A stretch of 64,000 nucleotides of DNA from Owenia fusiformis (GCA_903813345.2 CAIIXF020000001.1:19406001-19470000), one strand, 5' to 3'. Counted from the first letter of the stretch, positions 31,001 to 43,948 are shown. Notes: a model not told the origin generated them from the sequence alone. Program-made: numbers and translations.

Positions 31001-34000
31001 TTCAATATAGTGCACTGAACAATGAAAATCCCCCCCCCCGACCAACAAAATCCTCGAAATTTGAACACCTGCCAATTTGAACGCTTTTGGCTGGTCCTAT
31101 GGGTGTTCGGATTAGACAGGTTTTACTGTACTCCTATAAAGTCCGCAACGTTTCAATGTTTTATCTCCATTACATTCTGTCAAAATTTGATGTCAAAATT
31201 GATGAATTTCATGAAATGTAACAAAAATGGCAGATCCCATGTTAAACAAATGGGGAATGGTGGCTTAGGGGCAACTCAGATTTTGGAATATCTATTCAGC
31301 AAAAGATTTATTAAAAATACTTTCTAAGTAGAAAATTGAATGATTTTACGTTTTACATGCTAAATGTCTCGCTTATGTTGTTAAAATTAGCGATGCGGAG
31401 CGTTAAAGTAATTTTGACCACCTCAGTGAACCACCTGTGTTATTTCAATAAGAGGTTCATTAAAAAATTATTGAATTTGAAACCATTAACTTTTGTAAAG
31501 CCTGGACAATTAAATCATATTTTTGTCGAGTAGACAATTTAGTAAATTTAATTATCTCTTACAATCTCAATTTTGAGAGCAATCGGATGGATGGATCGTT
31601 CCTCATATGACTTATGGCAACCCAACCATTCCCCATTTGTTTTTACGGGATCTGCCATTTTTGTTAAATTTCATGAAATTCATCAATTTTGACATCAAAT
31701 TTTGACCCATGTAATGGAGATATAACATTGAAACGTTGTGGACTTTATAGTGAATAGAATCAAGATACAGATTTATTTTCTTTATTGGGATTTCTTTTGT
31801 TCCCCGCTTAGAAAACAGTCTTTAAAAAAAGATGGGGGTTAACATGTAAACCTATGAGGTCCTTAACTTTTTTTGAGGAGTATATTATTGAATTCAAATT
31901 CAATTCAACTTTTTGGGTTTAAAGGTTTGAAATCCAGCTGCCATCTTGGAAACTACTTCTTAAGCAGAGCTCATTTTAGTGGTCCAACTCAAAAGAAAAA
32001 TGCCACTTGAGTAGAAAGTGTAAAAATGCCACAGTGATTGAGTGACACTTGCAAAAATGAGGGGAAATTGTAAAAATTAAAAAACTCACCCAGAAGACTG
32101 TTTGAAGACCAAATAAATACTATTTTAGCAACTCTACTATAATACTTTTGATGTTCAATATAGTTTGGATCAATTAAATTACAAGAAATACAATTATTTA
32201 TGCCATAATAGTGTTTGTTGATTTTAAAATCTTTTCATTTGCTTCCGGAATCGATACTTTATTTTGTTCAGCGATACAAAAAATGATCATTCCTGGGGTA
32301 ATAATAAAACATGCCTACTCGAGTTTGAAAAATGTAAACAAACAACTATCTTGGACATGTTTAACGAGTGAGTGGCGAGTATTGACATTCGAGTTACACC
32401 GCAAGCTCCTTTGTTCCTAAGTGGAAGCATTTGAAATTTGAACCAAATCCATCAACTGGCATTTGATTTAACAAAGTTAACATTTTATTAAGAAAAATGG
32501 CAGTCATTTTTCAATTCAGCTGTCGTCTTGAAAATCAAAACAATGATGACCTTATGTAAACACATTTTGAAAGTAAACCCATTCCAATTGTTGAGGAGGA
32601 TTTTGAATTAGCTACCAATGTGTTGACAGATGGGCAGACAGAGGTTTTTTATGTAAAATGGTGGCCACTTTGAAATTCAGTGGTTATCTTGAAAACGACT
32701 TCTTGAGCAGAGCTGCTTTGTCCTTTGGTATCACCATGGGCTTTCAACTAATTGAAAGCCCATGAATCAAATCCATCGATTGGCATTTCAGTTATCAAAG
32801 ATTATGTTCTTTTCAAGGAGAACTGGCTCCCAGGGATGTAATTTTGGTATGGTACGGAACGGTACAAATGGTCTCGGGACACGGTACTTTCGGGACGGGA
32901 CAGAACATTAAAGAAAAATGATGCAATGTCTGATGATGGCTGTTTCACTTTCAGTTTCATTTTTCAAAATCATATTCAGAAATAAAAAACTTCAATTAAA
33001 ATGATTTTTAAAGTTTCAACAAAATGCGTGATTTGTGTGATATTTGATCATAAAAATGCGTGATTTGCGTGATATTTGATCATACACGCTAAATTGATGC
33101 GTGATTTCTATTTTTCCAGCAAATGCGTGACAATCACGCCTAATGCGTGAGGGTTGACAGGGCAGTTATTACTTAGTTGAAGTATTACAATGTTTATTTT
33201 TGTGAAGTAATGCTTCATCAAATTGATAATTTTGTGCAAAAACTGTAGTATATCATAACAGACTGACATTCTAGTCAGCCAGCTGTTGGATACATACTAT
33301 CGTACTGATATTAACCCTTTCTGTCCCATGTCCCGAAACCCAAGCATCTGGGCCGAAATTTGGTCCAATAAAAACCGTGACACCTCTAGTATCATGGTAG
33401 AATATCAAGTTGGAACCTGGAAGCTAAATAGCCAATCCTCGGTTTTTTATGAAAAATGATGACTTTTTTGAAATTCCAAGGCCATCTAGACGGTGAACAC
33501 CGCCTCTTATGCGTTGGATTGTCGTAAGGACTTGCATTAATGGCGGTGTTTATCCTTGTAAATTCATGCCAATCTAAGTTTTTCTTGATTATTTTTGACG
33601 GTTCACTTTATTTTATTCTTCTGCTTAGAATCTCTGCGTCATTTACAGAGAAATATAAACAAAATGGATACATTGATGATTTATACAAAAAATTACCATA
33701 GCTTTGTGGTTGTAGAAGGTTAAATTGTGCTAATTTTGTAGCAAAATCGCCGTTTGTCGCTACTGTTCACAAAATCTTTATGGCGGCTTCTATTCTCACG
33801 AGATTTGACGAGAGTAGCCATTGAATATTGCTGCCATCTATTTAACTATACAGAGTTTATATCATTCATTCGACCATCATGTATTCGATGGAAGAAATCA
33901 ATGATCTCTATTCGCATAACTTAAAACCAAAGTTTGGATTTGATTTGAAGCCATAACAGTTACAAGACGTGATAACAAACATATTGAATCAAGAATCCAC

Positions 34001-34731
34001 TATAGCAGTTTTACCAACTGGTTATTGGAAAACATTACAACACGTGATCATCAAATTACGTCACGTCACGTGATCATCACACTGATTTATGCAACGCATG
34101 CGCACTTGAAATTAGGTCAGCGAAAATGTCAAGAAGACCGGTCAGAAATGCAATTTCGTCTTATCTGCAACGATTACACATAATTACTGTAATAAAGCGA
34201 GGCATTTATGGGTTCATTTTGAAGATTTTTGGTCCCGCTATCCAGTGGTGAAAGAATTTTCAAGATTGAGGTAAGATCTTGGGAGAAAAGTCAAAAACAT
34301 CAGATCCGGACTTTTCAGCATTTCTTATATTTGATAAATTCACATTGCACGTTATGCACCCCTGGGGCCAACACGATCCTCAGAGACCCAGAGGGTGAAT
34401 GAATGCACCTAAAGGCCATCTTGAAAATCTCTTCAGATCGTTACATAATCTTTCCGGCTCTCACTTAAATGCATTTGCTGCATTCTCTTGTTGCTCAGAA
34501 AAATAAGACATCTAGATGTAGATGTAGAATAAGATAAAATTAAAAAATCACAAAAATCAGAAATTTTGATCAACTTCCGGTCCACTAAATCTAATGTTTC
34601 TGCAAAACAAGCATCGACCTACCTCTTTCCTTTCGTCCTTCTGGAAAACCAAGCAAAGGATCAAAAGTTGGTGGCTCCTGATACCGTGGCATCGAGTCAG
34701 GATTGGTGTATGTCGAAATAACGTGACCCAT
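28059..34731 (-). CDS. NDUFB7: NADH dehydrogenase [ubiquinone] 1 beta subcomplex subunit 7 (complex I B18), 125 aa, 3 exons
   Basis: Exons 34731-34623 (MGHVISTYTNPDSMPRYQEPPTFDPLLGFPEGRKER), 29799-29631 (VMQVTEEEMLAMNISKNQRDYCVHKLMEYKKCRNEKFPYVASCAHERHDWDLCVYD) and 28158-28059 (DFVLRMKEYEREKRLIQRQARKQAKANREELIA*). GT-AG introns, 378 nt in frame. N-terminal MG, PTF..GFPE.RKER, RDYC, twin CX9C and RMKE.ERE.RL motifs are diagnostic. Confidence 0.97.
29002..29400. mobile_element. TA-flanked MITE (CTGTAG...CTACAG termini) in NDUFB7 intron 2
   Basis: TA|CTGTAGATTAGGTTAATTTGGCA...TGCCAAATTCCCCAAACTACAG|TA. Confidence 0.65.
29888..31128 (+). mobile_element. pogo/Tigger-type deletion derivative retaining the transposase C-terminus
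   Basis: TA|CAGTAAAACCTGTATATCTGAAC...GTTCGGATTAGACAGGTTTTACTG|TA. Decayed coding relic ...DILNALDILKNYA...SAKKQTTMKDFFKQKKSK* at about 30630-30797. Confidence 0.85.
31134..31750. mobile_element. Foldback/MITE with approx. 130-bp inverted arms (TATAAAGTCC...GGACTTTATA)
   Basis: Arms at 31134-31270 and 31615-31750 are near-reverse-complements. Confidence 0.8.
33879..34037 (+). pseudogene. RecQ-like (SF2) helicase N-terminal relic, probably from a helicase-carrying DNA transposon
   Basis: Reads MYSMEEINDLYSHNLKPKFGFDLKP*QLQDVITNILNQESTIAVLPTGYWKTL: a Q-motif region plus decayed motif I (LPTGYGK[ST]L), with an in-frame stop. Confidence 0.6.
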
Positions 34732-35182
34732 TTTGCTGATTTTTTTTCCAGCAAAGGTCAAGAAGGAGTGAATTTATTCTAAAAATTTATTGGCCAATTG
34801 ATGTTTGGACTATAACTAGTTTGTAATAATGGATGCTAAAATACAAAGTTTTGTAGATTTTTACAGCTCAATATTTTGTCATTAAATTTCAGATTTTTTG
34901 AGACACAAGGATACATCGTTTGAAGATCTCCAATAGAAAAAACTGAATGAAATTTCGTGATTCTCTATGATTGCAGGAAAATCGTGAATACCTTTACGCA
35001 GTCAGGAGGTAAAAATATCAACTTTTACATTTTTGTATTTGATAGTGTTTTATAGTAGTTTTCACCCATAATATCATCTAAATTTCATTCAGAAAAATAA
35101 TGGATAGACAGTGAATTAGTTATGTAGTATTTCATAGAAAGCTCTTTATTGCAGGAACTCCCATCCTCCTGCATGTGTCCAG
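34732..35182. promoter_or_regulatory. Probable bidirectional promoter / 5'UTR region shared by NDUFB7 (-) and FANCC (+)
   Basis: The divergent start codons are only about 450 bp apart. An ATTGGCCAAT (CCAAT on both strands) lies near 34789. A FANCC 5'UTR donor is likely at 35008 (GGAG|gtaaaa) and an acceptor at 35154. Confidence 0.6.
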
Positions 35183-38100
35183 ATGGCTCTCAAACACTTG
35201 GATCTGGATGTCTGGTTAGCAACATCTGTTGAATGGAGTCAAAAGCAGGTATGAGGGTAACAAGGCCGCCCGGCTCAAATGAGTTTGCCAATCAGCTCAA
35301 TTGACTCCCATGACAGTAAAGTCCATTTCACTGCTTCATTTCGTCAGTAGAACGGCAAAAATAAGAAATTGGGAGACCATTGTGCAATAATATATGGAAA
35401 AGTATATTCATAATGTACATGAATGACATTTGTATATTTCAGATTTTTTAGTTTTTTGTGCAATAAGCCTGTGCCGTCTTGTAATTTGAAGAATTTCAGC
35501 CATGTTAATCTTATTGAAAATAACATGGCAGAGAAACATCCAAATATAAGAGGCCACACACTTTATAAGCCAAACTAGAAGCAATCCAAGATATACAAAT
35601 GTCATTCATGTACATTATGAATATACTTTTCCATATATTATTGCACAATGGTCTCCCAATTTCTTATTTTTGCCGTTCTACTGACGAAATGAAGCAGTGA
35701 AATGGACTCTAGACACTTCATTGAGCAAATGGAAAAATCGGGGTCACCCCATTGGTCTGGATCTCATTGGTCTGGAATATACATGTAATTATCTGAATCC
35801 TTATGGTCCAATCCCCTTGGTCTGAAACTCACTTGTCCGAATTCCAATCATCTTAATCCCATTATCCGAATCCCTATGGTCTGAAAACACTCGTCTGCCA
35901 ATCATCCGAATCCCAGTGGTCCAAATCTCATTCAGTCATTGGTCAGAACCTGATTGTCCAAATCCAGATCTTCAAGATCTGATTTCTGGGTGTCTCTCAT
36001 GCTTTTTGAATCATTAACATTAATTTAGAAATACTAAGGTGAGAGGGATTTCCCACCCCTTCAATAAGCACCAATGTTATATACATAAAATCCATAAAAT
36101 GCACTGCTCTAGTTATTTTAAAACCTTTTAAAAATGCACACAATTGAAAATTAAGATAACACAATATCTGAACCATTGAATATGGGAATCAAGAAGTCCT
36201 GCTCATGAATGCACGATCCAGACATTATAAATAAAAAGTGTTGATAAAGTGCGGTAGTTGATGTTTATACGCCTAAATTATTTTTTGCAGAATATATCAA
36301 CCCTTGCAGAGATAGTTGTGATGAGAGATGACCTGGAATCAACCTTGATATCTCTGAAAATTGAACTGGATAATCTGGTGAGCATTTGATTGTATGAGTC
36401 AGGCCTATAGCCAGCTTTTGTTAAGGGGGGGGGGCTTCATTTTTCAAAAAATTCCAGAGGGTTCACATTTTTCAACTTTGGACCAAATTCACTTGAAAAG
36501 TGATCAGAATGGTGAAAAACCGCATGATTTTGAAAGAATTTCTGCCCTGGCTATGGGCCTGTGAATAAAGTATATAATATGGAATCAATCAGTTGGAGTT
36601 TGCATGTGAAAAGATTGTCAGATGCTTATGGGCTGAAAATGATTTACCTGACTGAAGCTACGTTTGTGTTTGTATTTTAGGGTGAAATCGGAATTGTATT
36701 TAAAAAATATCCTAGTATCGGTCACTTCCTGGGCAGACTGTGTGGGGTGAATGGCTTGTTGTTAAGCAAGGGGGTTTATTTGGCCCTCATGAAATGTGTC
36801 ATGTGGTTCTATGTGGAAAACCCCAAATCGCCTGTTGAAGTAAAAGCAAAGCAATGGGCACTGGTAAGTTTTTAACATGTTTGCAGCAAAAGTATTTATC
36901 TCAAGATTAGTATATCGCTACATAGTTTTGTAATTTATGCACTGTAGTGATGTAGATGGTCTGATCGTTATTGAAATGCTGATAACATTTACTACACTAT
37001 GTTTCTGATGGTTTTGACATCACATGTGATTTGAACTAGATAATATAGCTGCTGACAAATCACAAACCATCTACAAAGAGGATTTGCAGATAGTAAAAAC
37101 ATGGATGTTCGTATTTGATAGTTGTTTGGATATATAGTTTTTACTGTTCTGTGCATATACCTTATAAGGAATGAGTTAAGTCAAGATTGTGCTGCTTCAA
37201 CATTTTTTCAGTCACAATTAAGAAGTACTGTATCCTATGGAAAAGAACAGTTTCCCATGACTGCACTGAAGTCTACAGGCACAACACAGAGTACCTTCAA
37301 CACTGTTTGTTTACAACAAGTAAGTCCCCTTTAATTGCAATTAAATATTAGATACACACTATGTAGGACTTTCTTTCAGTACAAATGCTTGTACTTTGTA
37401 CGACATTCTTTCTAGTGTGCAACTCATGTTGAGTTTCACCATATGAATGGCCTATGGTTATTAATTAAACTCATCGGCGCACTATTTAATTATTTTTGAA
37501 AGCTACTGATTGTAATTGATTTATTAAAGATTAGGATTTTCATGCCTGCCAATTTGAAAGTGACATAAAATCTAAACCAACAGAGATAACACCACCAAAG
37601 TTTTACTCATGATTAGAAACATATGTATAAATCATATGTTAATGTATGAACTCATCACAATAAGACGCACTGATGATAAAAAAATCCTAAACACGTATAT
37701 TGCAAAAAAAACATAAGACCCTACTAAATGTTACCTTGAGTACCCCTGCAGCTTCCCTGGCCTGTCCCCCAGCCACAGAGTTGTCAGGCCCATCATCATT
37801 TTGAAATTTCATTTTCTGAGGCTTCAAATATTAGGCTTCACTACCAGAATCATTGAATATAGCAGCGATTCAATCATCATTACCCAGTCTAAATCTAGCC
37901 CTGGCTGCCATTTTTAAATACCACAATGTCTGATCACTCCCAGATTCGTATTTGTTTCAAAATCATTAAGTGACCAAAATAATTTTTTTCGATCATTTCT
38001 CTTCGCAAAATTAATTTTAAATCACTTCCTGTCAATTTGAGTACCGAACATTGGCACTGCAATACTAGGGTGACATATTTTTAAGTCTGTTACAACTTCC

Positions 38101-41100
38101 CTATAGCTTGTCGACCTGGAGTCGACGTAAGCCATGTAGCGTATTGGCGACAAAAGTCGCCTGAGCGCGCGAATGAGGTAATAACTATACATATACAAAA
38201 TGATAGTTTATTACATTGCACTGTATTGCTTTGTATTGTATTTTATATTATACTGGATTGTATTTTATTGTATTGTATTGTACAGTATGTTGTATTGTAT
38301 GGTATTGTATTGTATTATATTGTAATGTATTGTATTGTTTCATATTGTATTGTGTTGTAATTATATTATACTGTATTTTACTCTATTAGGTGATCCAGGA
38401 CCTCACCAAAGATCTACATGGCCCAACCAGGGAATGGGATCATAATTTACAATGTCATATACCCCACCAACCTAAAAAGGTCCCATCTCATACAATTAGA
38501 GATATCATAACGATACTGAAGGCTGTCTCAGGGGGCCAAGGCTGTGATGATCTAGAGGAGACACTGCTGAGGTATATAGCAAAATCAGAGCAGACAGTTG
38601 GAGTGAGAGAGGTGTATAAGACATTACAACAGCAATCAGGTTAGTTCCTTTCCCATACCAATGCCTCATAGCCCTGTGAAACAACCGTTACAACCATTTC
38701 AGTCTTTTCGACCTTTTTGATTTTCAACTATGCACCATTTCACCCTTTACAATGTGTTCATCATTTAAATCATTCAAATCCTTTCAAAAAAAAATCAAGA
38801 ATCAGTGGTTGTGTACAATATTGAAGATTGTTCAAGTAATGATTGTGGCTATTCATGTTTAGTTTTACATTTTTACAATTGCATTTTAGCGCACATTATT
38901 CTTCATTTTTAAAACTTCAGTTTTTAGTTTACAATTGCCCTGATGAAACTTCTCCTTTAAAAAACTCATGCTCGTCGTATATATTATACAAGCTATATTT
39001 TGCTCTTATGATTTTCATTGAAAATAAAACAATATTCCAAGTCCACCTCTAGAGGTATTTTCAATTGTGAATTGTAGTAGAGTAAATACTTTGTTTCAGA
39101 CTTGAGTTATGGTGCTAAATTGATCCTCTGGTCTAACTACCTGCCTCATCTTGAAAGAACATTACTAGAACTATTGAGGTCCCACTTGAATGATGAGGGC
39201 TCTAGAATTGATAAGATGTGCAACATTAAACAATCTATGTTGGTATGTTATTTTTAAAACATGATGATTTGGTTTACAACTTCTACAAAAAAAATCCAAA
39301 ATGAGCAGCCTCGGAATAATTATTATGATGTATACAGTTCTCATCTTTAACTAATGACCATCTTCCCTTAAGAAATGATAATTCACATATATGTAGGCAA
39401 GGTGTGTCTGTCCAAACACAGTATTTCATATAACTGCAGTGCATAATATCACCAATCACCCCATCTAAGGTCACTCATTATACAGTTGTCAAGGTGAAAA
39501 CTTGCTTTGCCAACTTGACTCTTGAAAAAGTTTCATTGAAAATATGTTCTTTAAGTGATTTCCTATCCTTTAAAGTCCCCGTCTAAAGTTTGAAAATATT
39601 TTTTTATCATTCATTTACTATTTTTCAGGACTTAAAAAGTGATTTTAGAGATTTTTGAACAAAAAAAATTTTTTGAAAAAAAAGTTGTGAGCATTCCATT
39701 TCTCAAATATTCAAATTTCCCGCCATTTTTTGAAATTTCTTAATCATCAAATAATTCTTAATGCATTTCAAAAAAGATTATCTTTTTAACACCAATGCAA
39801 AGATTGAACAAAAGACACACTATTTCAATAATAAAATGTCATATTTAATGGGCCACTTCAATGTTTTAGCTTATCAAAAATATTTTGAAACATAAGTGAT
39901 GTCACTAAGGTAACAAAAACTTTTTGAAAAAAATTGAATTTTTTTTTTCGATGTCAATATTTTCTAAATATGTTAGACTTTCATAAAAAAACAATGTTGA
40001 TTGTCTAACCAGGTTAAAAGGAAGAATAAATTATGTTTTAGATATCATTGTACCATTGGTTTCTATGAGAACTAAAATTTTGAAATGCATTTTTCTCAGA
40101 ACCATTTTCATGCACTGATAAGTTCATTTCTCGGTTGTTTATCAACCGATTTTCTTAATTTTTTCGGCAAAAAACATGGGAGGATGAATGCTATGCATTG
40201 GTATGAATTGTGGCTAATTAGAAGATATGGGTGACCTCTAAAAGTTGGTTTTAAATAAATTCACAAATTTTGGAACAAAAAGTCTATCAAAAACCACTTT
40301 TTGAAATTTAAAAAAAAAGTTTCACATATCACACTTTGATAACATTGGGTAAGACTACAATATAAGCCAAAGTGGTTTAAACTTTACACGGGGCCTTTAA
40401 GTGACATGGTAAAGAATATTTGCAATGTGTAAAAAGGATTTAAGCCCGAGGCTCAATGTATTGTGGAATGACCATTCCTTTCAGGCATTGTTTCCTAAAA
40501 TTATACTTAAATGACATTTTGTCGTTTTTATGTTGACAGAATTGAAGCAATTTTATTCCCAGATTTAAAAAATTAGAACTGAACTTCCAGAACACTTTCC
40601 CTATGTTTTCTCATGTATTTCCAGGACAGAGCTTGTGCTGAAAGGCCTTACATATATGATACAGTGTTCTGGATTTTGGAAAACCTGTATGAAAAGAGTG
40701 GATGGGATCCATGCATCAGTGACTTCATAGGCTTGTTACATTCATCCATTGTGGAATTGATTTACATGTCAAATGCACAAGTAAGCAAAATTATGATAAT
40801 TATATCGTAAAACCTGTATAATCAAACACCTCTCAAATTGGAACACCTCTCACTTTGAGCACTTGTAATGTCCCATTGATTTACATGTTAAAAAACCTTG
40901 AAATGGCTGGTCCCATTGCTATTCGTATTAGAAAGGGTTTGCTATACATGTATTTGAAAAAAATAATAAAGAGAAAATGATAATTACATAGTAGTTTTTA
41001 TTATGTACATTCCAGTTATCAACTGCCCCACTGAAGTGCTGTAGATCTTGGCTCCACTCCCTTGTCAATCTTATACAACTGAGCTCCAAAAGTAGGTATA

Positions 41101-43318
41101 TTTCAGTGAGGATACTTCATCATTTACTACACACTCCTATTTGTTGCATTTTGTCTTAGTCAATTTTCTCAATTTTAAAATTGCATGCTCATTCAGTACA
41201 TGTATTATTTAAATGTGTATAACAAGCAAGAATATTATTTAAGATTCAGCATAACTTCCCAAGTTTTAAAATCACATGGACCTGACAGGTAAGTTTGGCA
41301 TTTTTGTGTATTGCATGGGCAGTTCCAAAAACTAACAAGAGGGCCCAAATTTCAAGTCTGAAGCGGCAAAAACTTGAAAATTTTCTTGATAATGTGGCTT
41401 AAAAATAAAAACAAGTGCTCCCGCTCCCCCCACACCCCTAATGCGCCAGTGTACTATTACTTTGAGGATTTATGTGGAGAATTTGACATGACCTTAACTT
41501 GACATGTCTTTTAAATACTTGATGTACACGTGTGTTACTTGCCATGTTTTTTATACACAGATTTCTTATCACCTATAGATCTGAGACTGACTTGTTGTGA
41601 GGCTCACTTGACAGCCATCAGACTGGTGCTTTGTGATGTTATAGAGGGCGCCACAACAAAGGTCAAGGCCAAAGAACTGTTGATGCTACTAACTCAACAT
41701 AAAGAATGGTGTCACATAGCATTGCAGTGTGCCTTTATTGCATCTAAAAAGGTAAATTCACAAAGTGTGATAACAGTAGGAACAGTCACTTGTTAATCTG
41801 TTAAGTACTGTACATGATTTTGTCGTGTCTTGGAAATTGTACATACTAGTATTGAATAGTCAAGCAGAGATTTGCATGATGGTTGGGTCAAAGATCACCT
41901 TGTCTCCCACCCCCTCAAATGTTTTAGTTTCCACTGTCTGACTAATGGTCCTAAGACTGACCATTGCATCTTTTTTTCATATTTTCATAATGAATGTATT
42001 GTTCATGTGTTCTGTAATGCCTAAATGTTGATCTATTATTCCAGGTCTCCCAGGACTGCACTTATATATTGTGTGTATTACACTGCTTACTGGGTGATGC
42101 TAGCAATGTAGCTAAATGTCAGGTATGCTTGTAATATGTTTTATCCCATGTGATAGTTAATAGACCATAAATGTTTACCTAAATGCAACTACTTTTAAAC
42201 TTTATTTCAATCCAAATTGATTTTTGATTTTAAAAGGTAAAAATGCATAATTCCTGAGGTTCTAGATACATTTACACTGTACAAAAAGATATATTATGCC
42301 ACTGTTGGGTCAACAATAAAATGGCACATGCTGTATATTAATTGTATACCATCAACATCAGGTGTTTTTCATTCACAAAATAAGTTGAGCAGTTGAAAAG
42401 GTTTTCAATAAATCACATACTGTTAATGCATTTTTCTTTAACTGAATTATATTTGAGGCAATAGTTTTTTCATTTATTTCATTTAGCCCCTTGCTTAGAT
42501 CTAAGGAAATATGTCTTAATTTTATTATACATGTACATGTATAATATACTTAACATGATATGGAATTGAATTGGATTTTTGTTTAAGGAGTCAATAAATG
42601 ACATAGTGCTGTCACTGAGAGGCCTTATGTCCAAGTCATCCCTCACAATCCAAGATGTCAAACTAGCCATACAACCTGCGATAAACACTGCACTATCTCA
42701 AACTCCACTATCTCAAACGTCAGTATCATCTGGTCTGCTGCATACAACTTCTCCTCTTGTGAAAAATTGTACCACAGCTGGAGTAGAAAACGAGGTGGTT
42801 AGAATTACCAAGCAACTAGTCATGGTGTTCATTGTGATGTCACAAAATGGAATCAATCTTATTGAGGACATATTCAAGGTATGTTGCGGTTTTGAAACAA
42901 AAATATTGGAGATCAGGATTCCTGTCATGAAATTATCAAAAATGCTGAGTTAAAAACATGTAAGATCCACTCATAAGTTCAGTACAGGAAATGTTTATCT
43001 GATGCAGGGGATCTGATGTATCAATGAATTCTTAAGACTAGCAAAATCATTAAATCACACCAAGAAACTTTGTTACAGTTACTAGTACTTAGAGATTGGC
43101 GTTTTCTTTTATTTCAGGTGCTGCAGATAGAAACTCCGAGAACGCAGTTGATTTCCCTGCTTGAAACACTAGAGCATCTGCAAACAGCACCAAGGCTCCG
43201 AAGGACAAACAATAAAACTAAAATTCAGCATCATTTACAACATTTATTAAATAGTATTGAAATGCCAGATTCGTGGCTGAGACAGAAAACAATTAATACA
43301 ATGAAATATATGCAGTAA
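35183..43318 (+). CDS. FANCC: Fanconi anaemia group C protein orthologue, about 609 aa, 12 coding exons
   Basis: Exons 35183-35248, 36291-36377, 36681-36863, 37212-37319, 38390-38639, 39100-39242, 40625-40780, 41016-41091, 41561-41751, 42045-42122, 42588-42878 and 43118-43318. All introns are GT-AG with consistent phases; 1830 nt open. Colinear similarity to recalled human FANCC: VWLATSVEWSQ ~ FWMQKLSVWDQ; KKYPSIGHFLGRLC ~ ERFPTIGQLLAKAC; ILWSNYLPHLERTLLEL ~ CLWLRHLPSLEKAMLHL; IKQSML ~ IKDSSL; MSKSSLTIQDV ~ SRSSSLSAQDL. Confidence 0.85.
35317..35711. mobile_element. Young foldback MITE with essentially perfect approx. 118-bp TIRs in FANCC intron 1
   Basis: 35320-35437 is the reverse complement of 35591-35708. 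Termini are TAAAGTCC/GGACTCTA. Confidence 0.88.
36400..36561. mobile_element. Short MITE CAGGCC(T/C)ATAGCCAG...CTGGCTAT(G/C)GGCCTG; further copies at 57826-58000, about 16033-16200 and about 1930-2040
   Basis: 15-bp TIRs and a shared internal sequence (AAAAGTG.TCAGAATGGTGAAAAA..GCATGAT). Confidence 0.75.
38212..38378. repeat. (ATTGT)n degenerate microsatellite abutting the FANCC exon 5 acceptor
   Basis: Run of TATTG/ATTGT pentamers. Confidence 0.85.
39574..40396. mobile_element. TTAA-flanked non-autonomous DNA transposon (Kolobok/piggyBac-type target)
   Basis: TTAA|AGTCCCCGTCTAAAGTTT...AAACTTTACACGGGGCCT|TTAA. A similar degenerate element spans about 82-1055 (TTAAAGGAATACTCC...GGAGTATTCC). 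Confidence 0.75.
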
Positions 43319-43385
43319 GACAAGCTGTGAGGGAGGATTGGTTAATGATTTTTATGTTACCACCAGACGTGCTGACATATTGTTA

Positions 43386-43948
43386 TGATCTCCAACTTTT
43401 TTGTGGATGGTATTCAACGTTTGGTGTTGCCGTTTGGTGGTTTGATTCATCGTTTGGCGTCTGCATAAATGTCAGGTGGTGACATTTAGCATGTTAATGC
43501 CTTGTTTCTTAAATGAATACAGAATAAAACGGTTCCATAGACTTGATGCAAGATTATTTCATAGATCAATTTATTACTGGGCAAAATGTCTCCAGAATAC
43601 ACAAATACAACTATTAGGTGCTATGGCTGAATGTTCAACTAATGTCTAACTAATCTCATTTTAGAATCTTCCTCTGTAGAAGAATAGCCAATATGCAGAC
43701 TGACAGATCTCCTGCAGATTTTCTTTTACATGTTATTGGTCAGATTTAATATTAAATATAAAATACCCTTCCTCTCATCAAGTGTGTTGTCCGTTTTCTT
43801 GTGTTTGACTTTCAGGCGGCGTGGCAAAGAATTCCTCAGCTCTCTCTGTTATTTATTAACAAGGCATGTAACATGCAAAATGTCACTACCAAACGCCGAA
43901 CAGCAACCATCAAACGCCGTACATAGTCCACAGAAATGTTAGAGACTA
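43386..43948. mobile_element. Degenerate inverted-repeat element overlapping the FANCC 3'UTR
   Basis: Arms at about 43386-43508 and 43858-43948 (GTGACATTTAGCATGTTAATGCCTTGTT versus AACAAGGCATGTAACATGCAAAATGTCAC). The right terminus reads TAGTCTCTAAC on the minus strand. An AATAAA at about 43523 lies inside. Confidence 0.55.
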
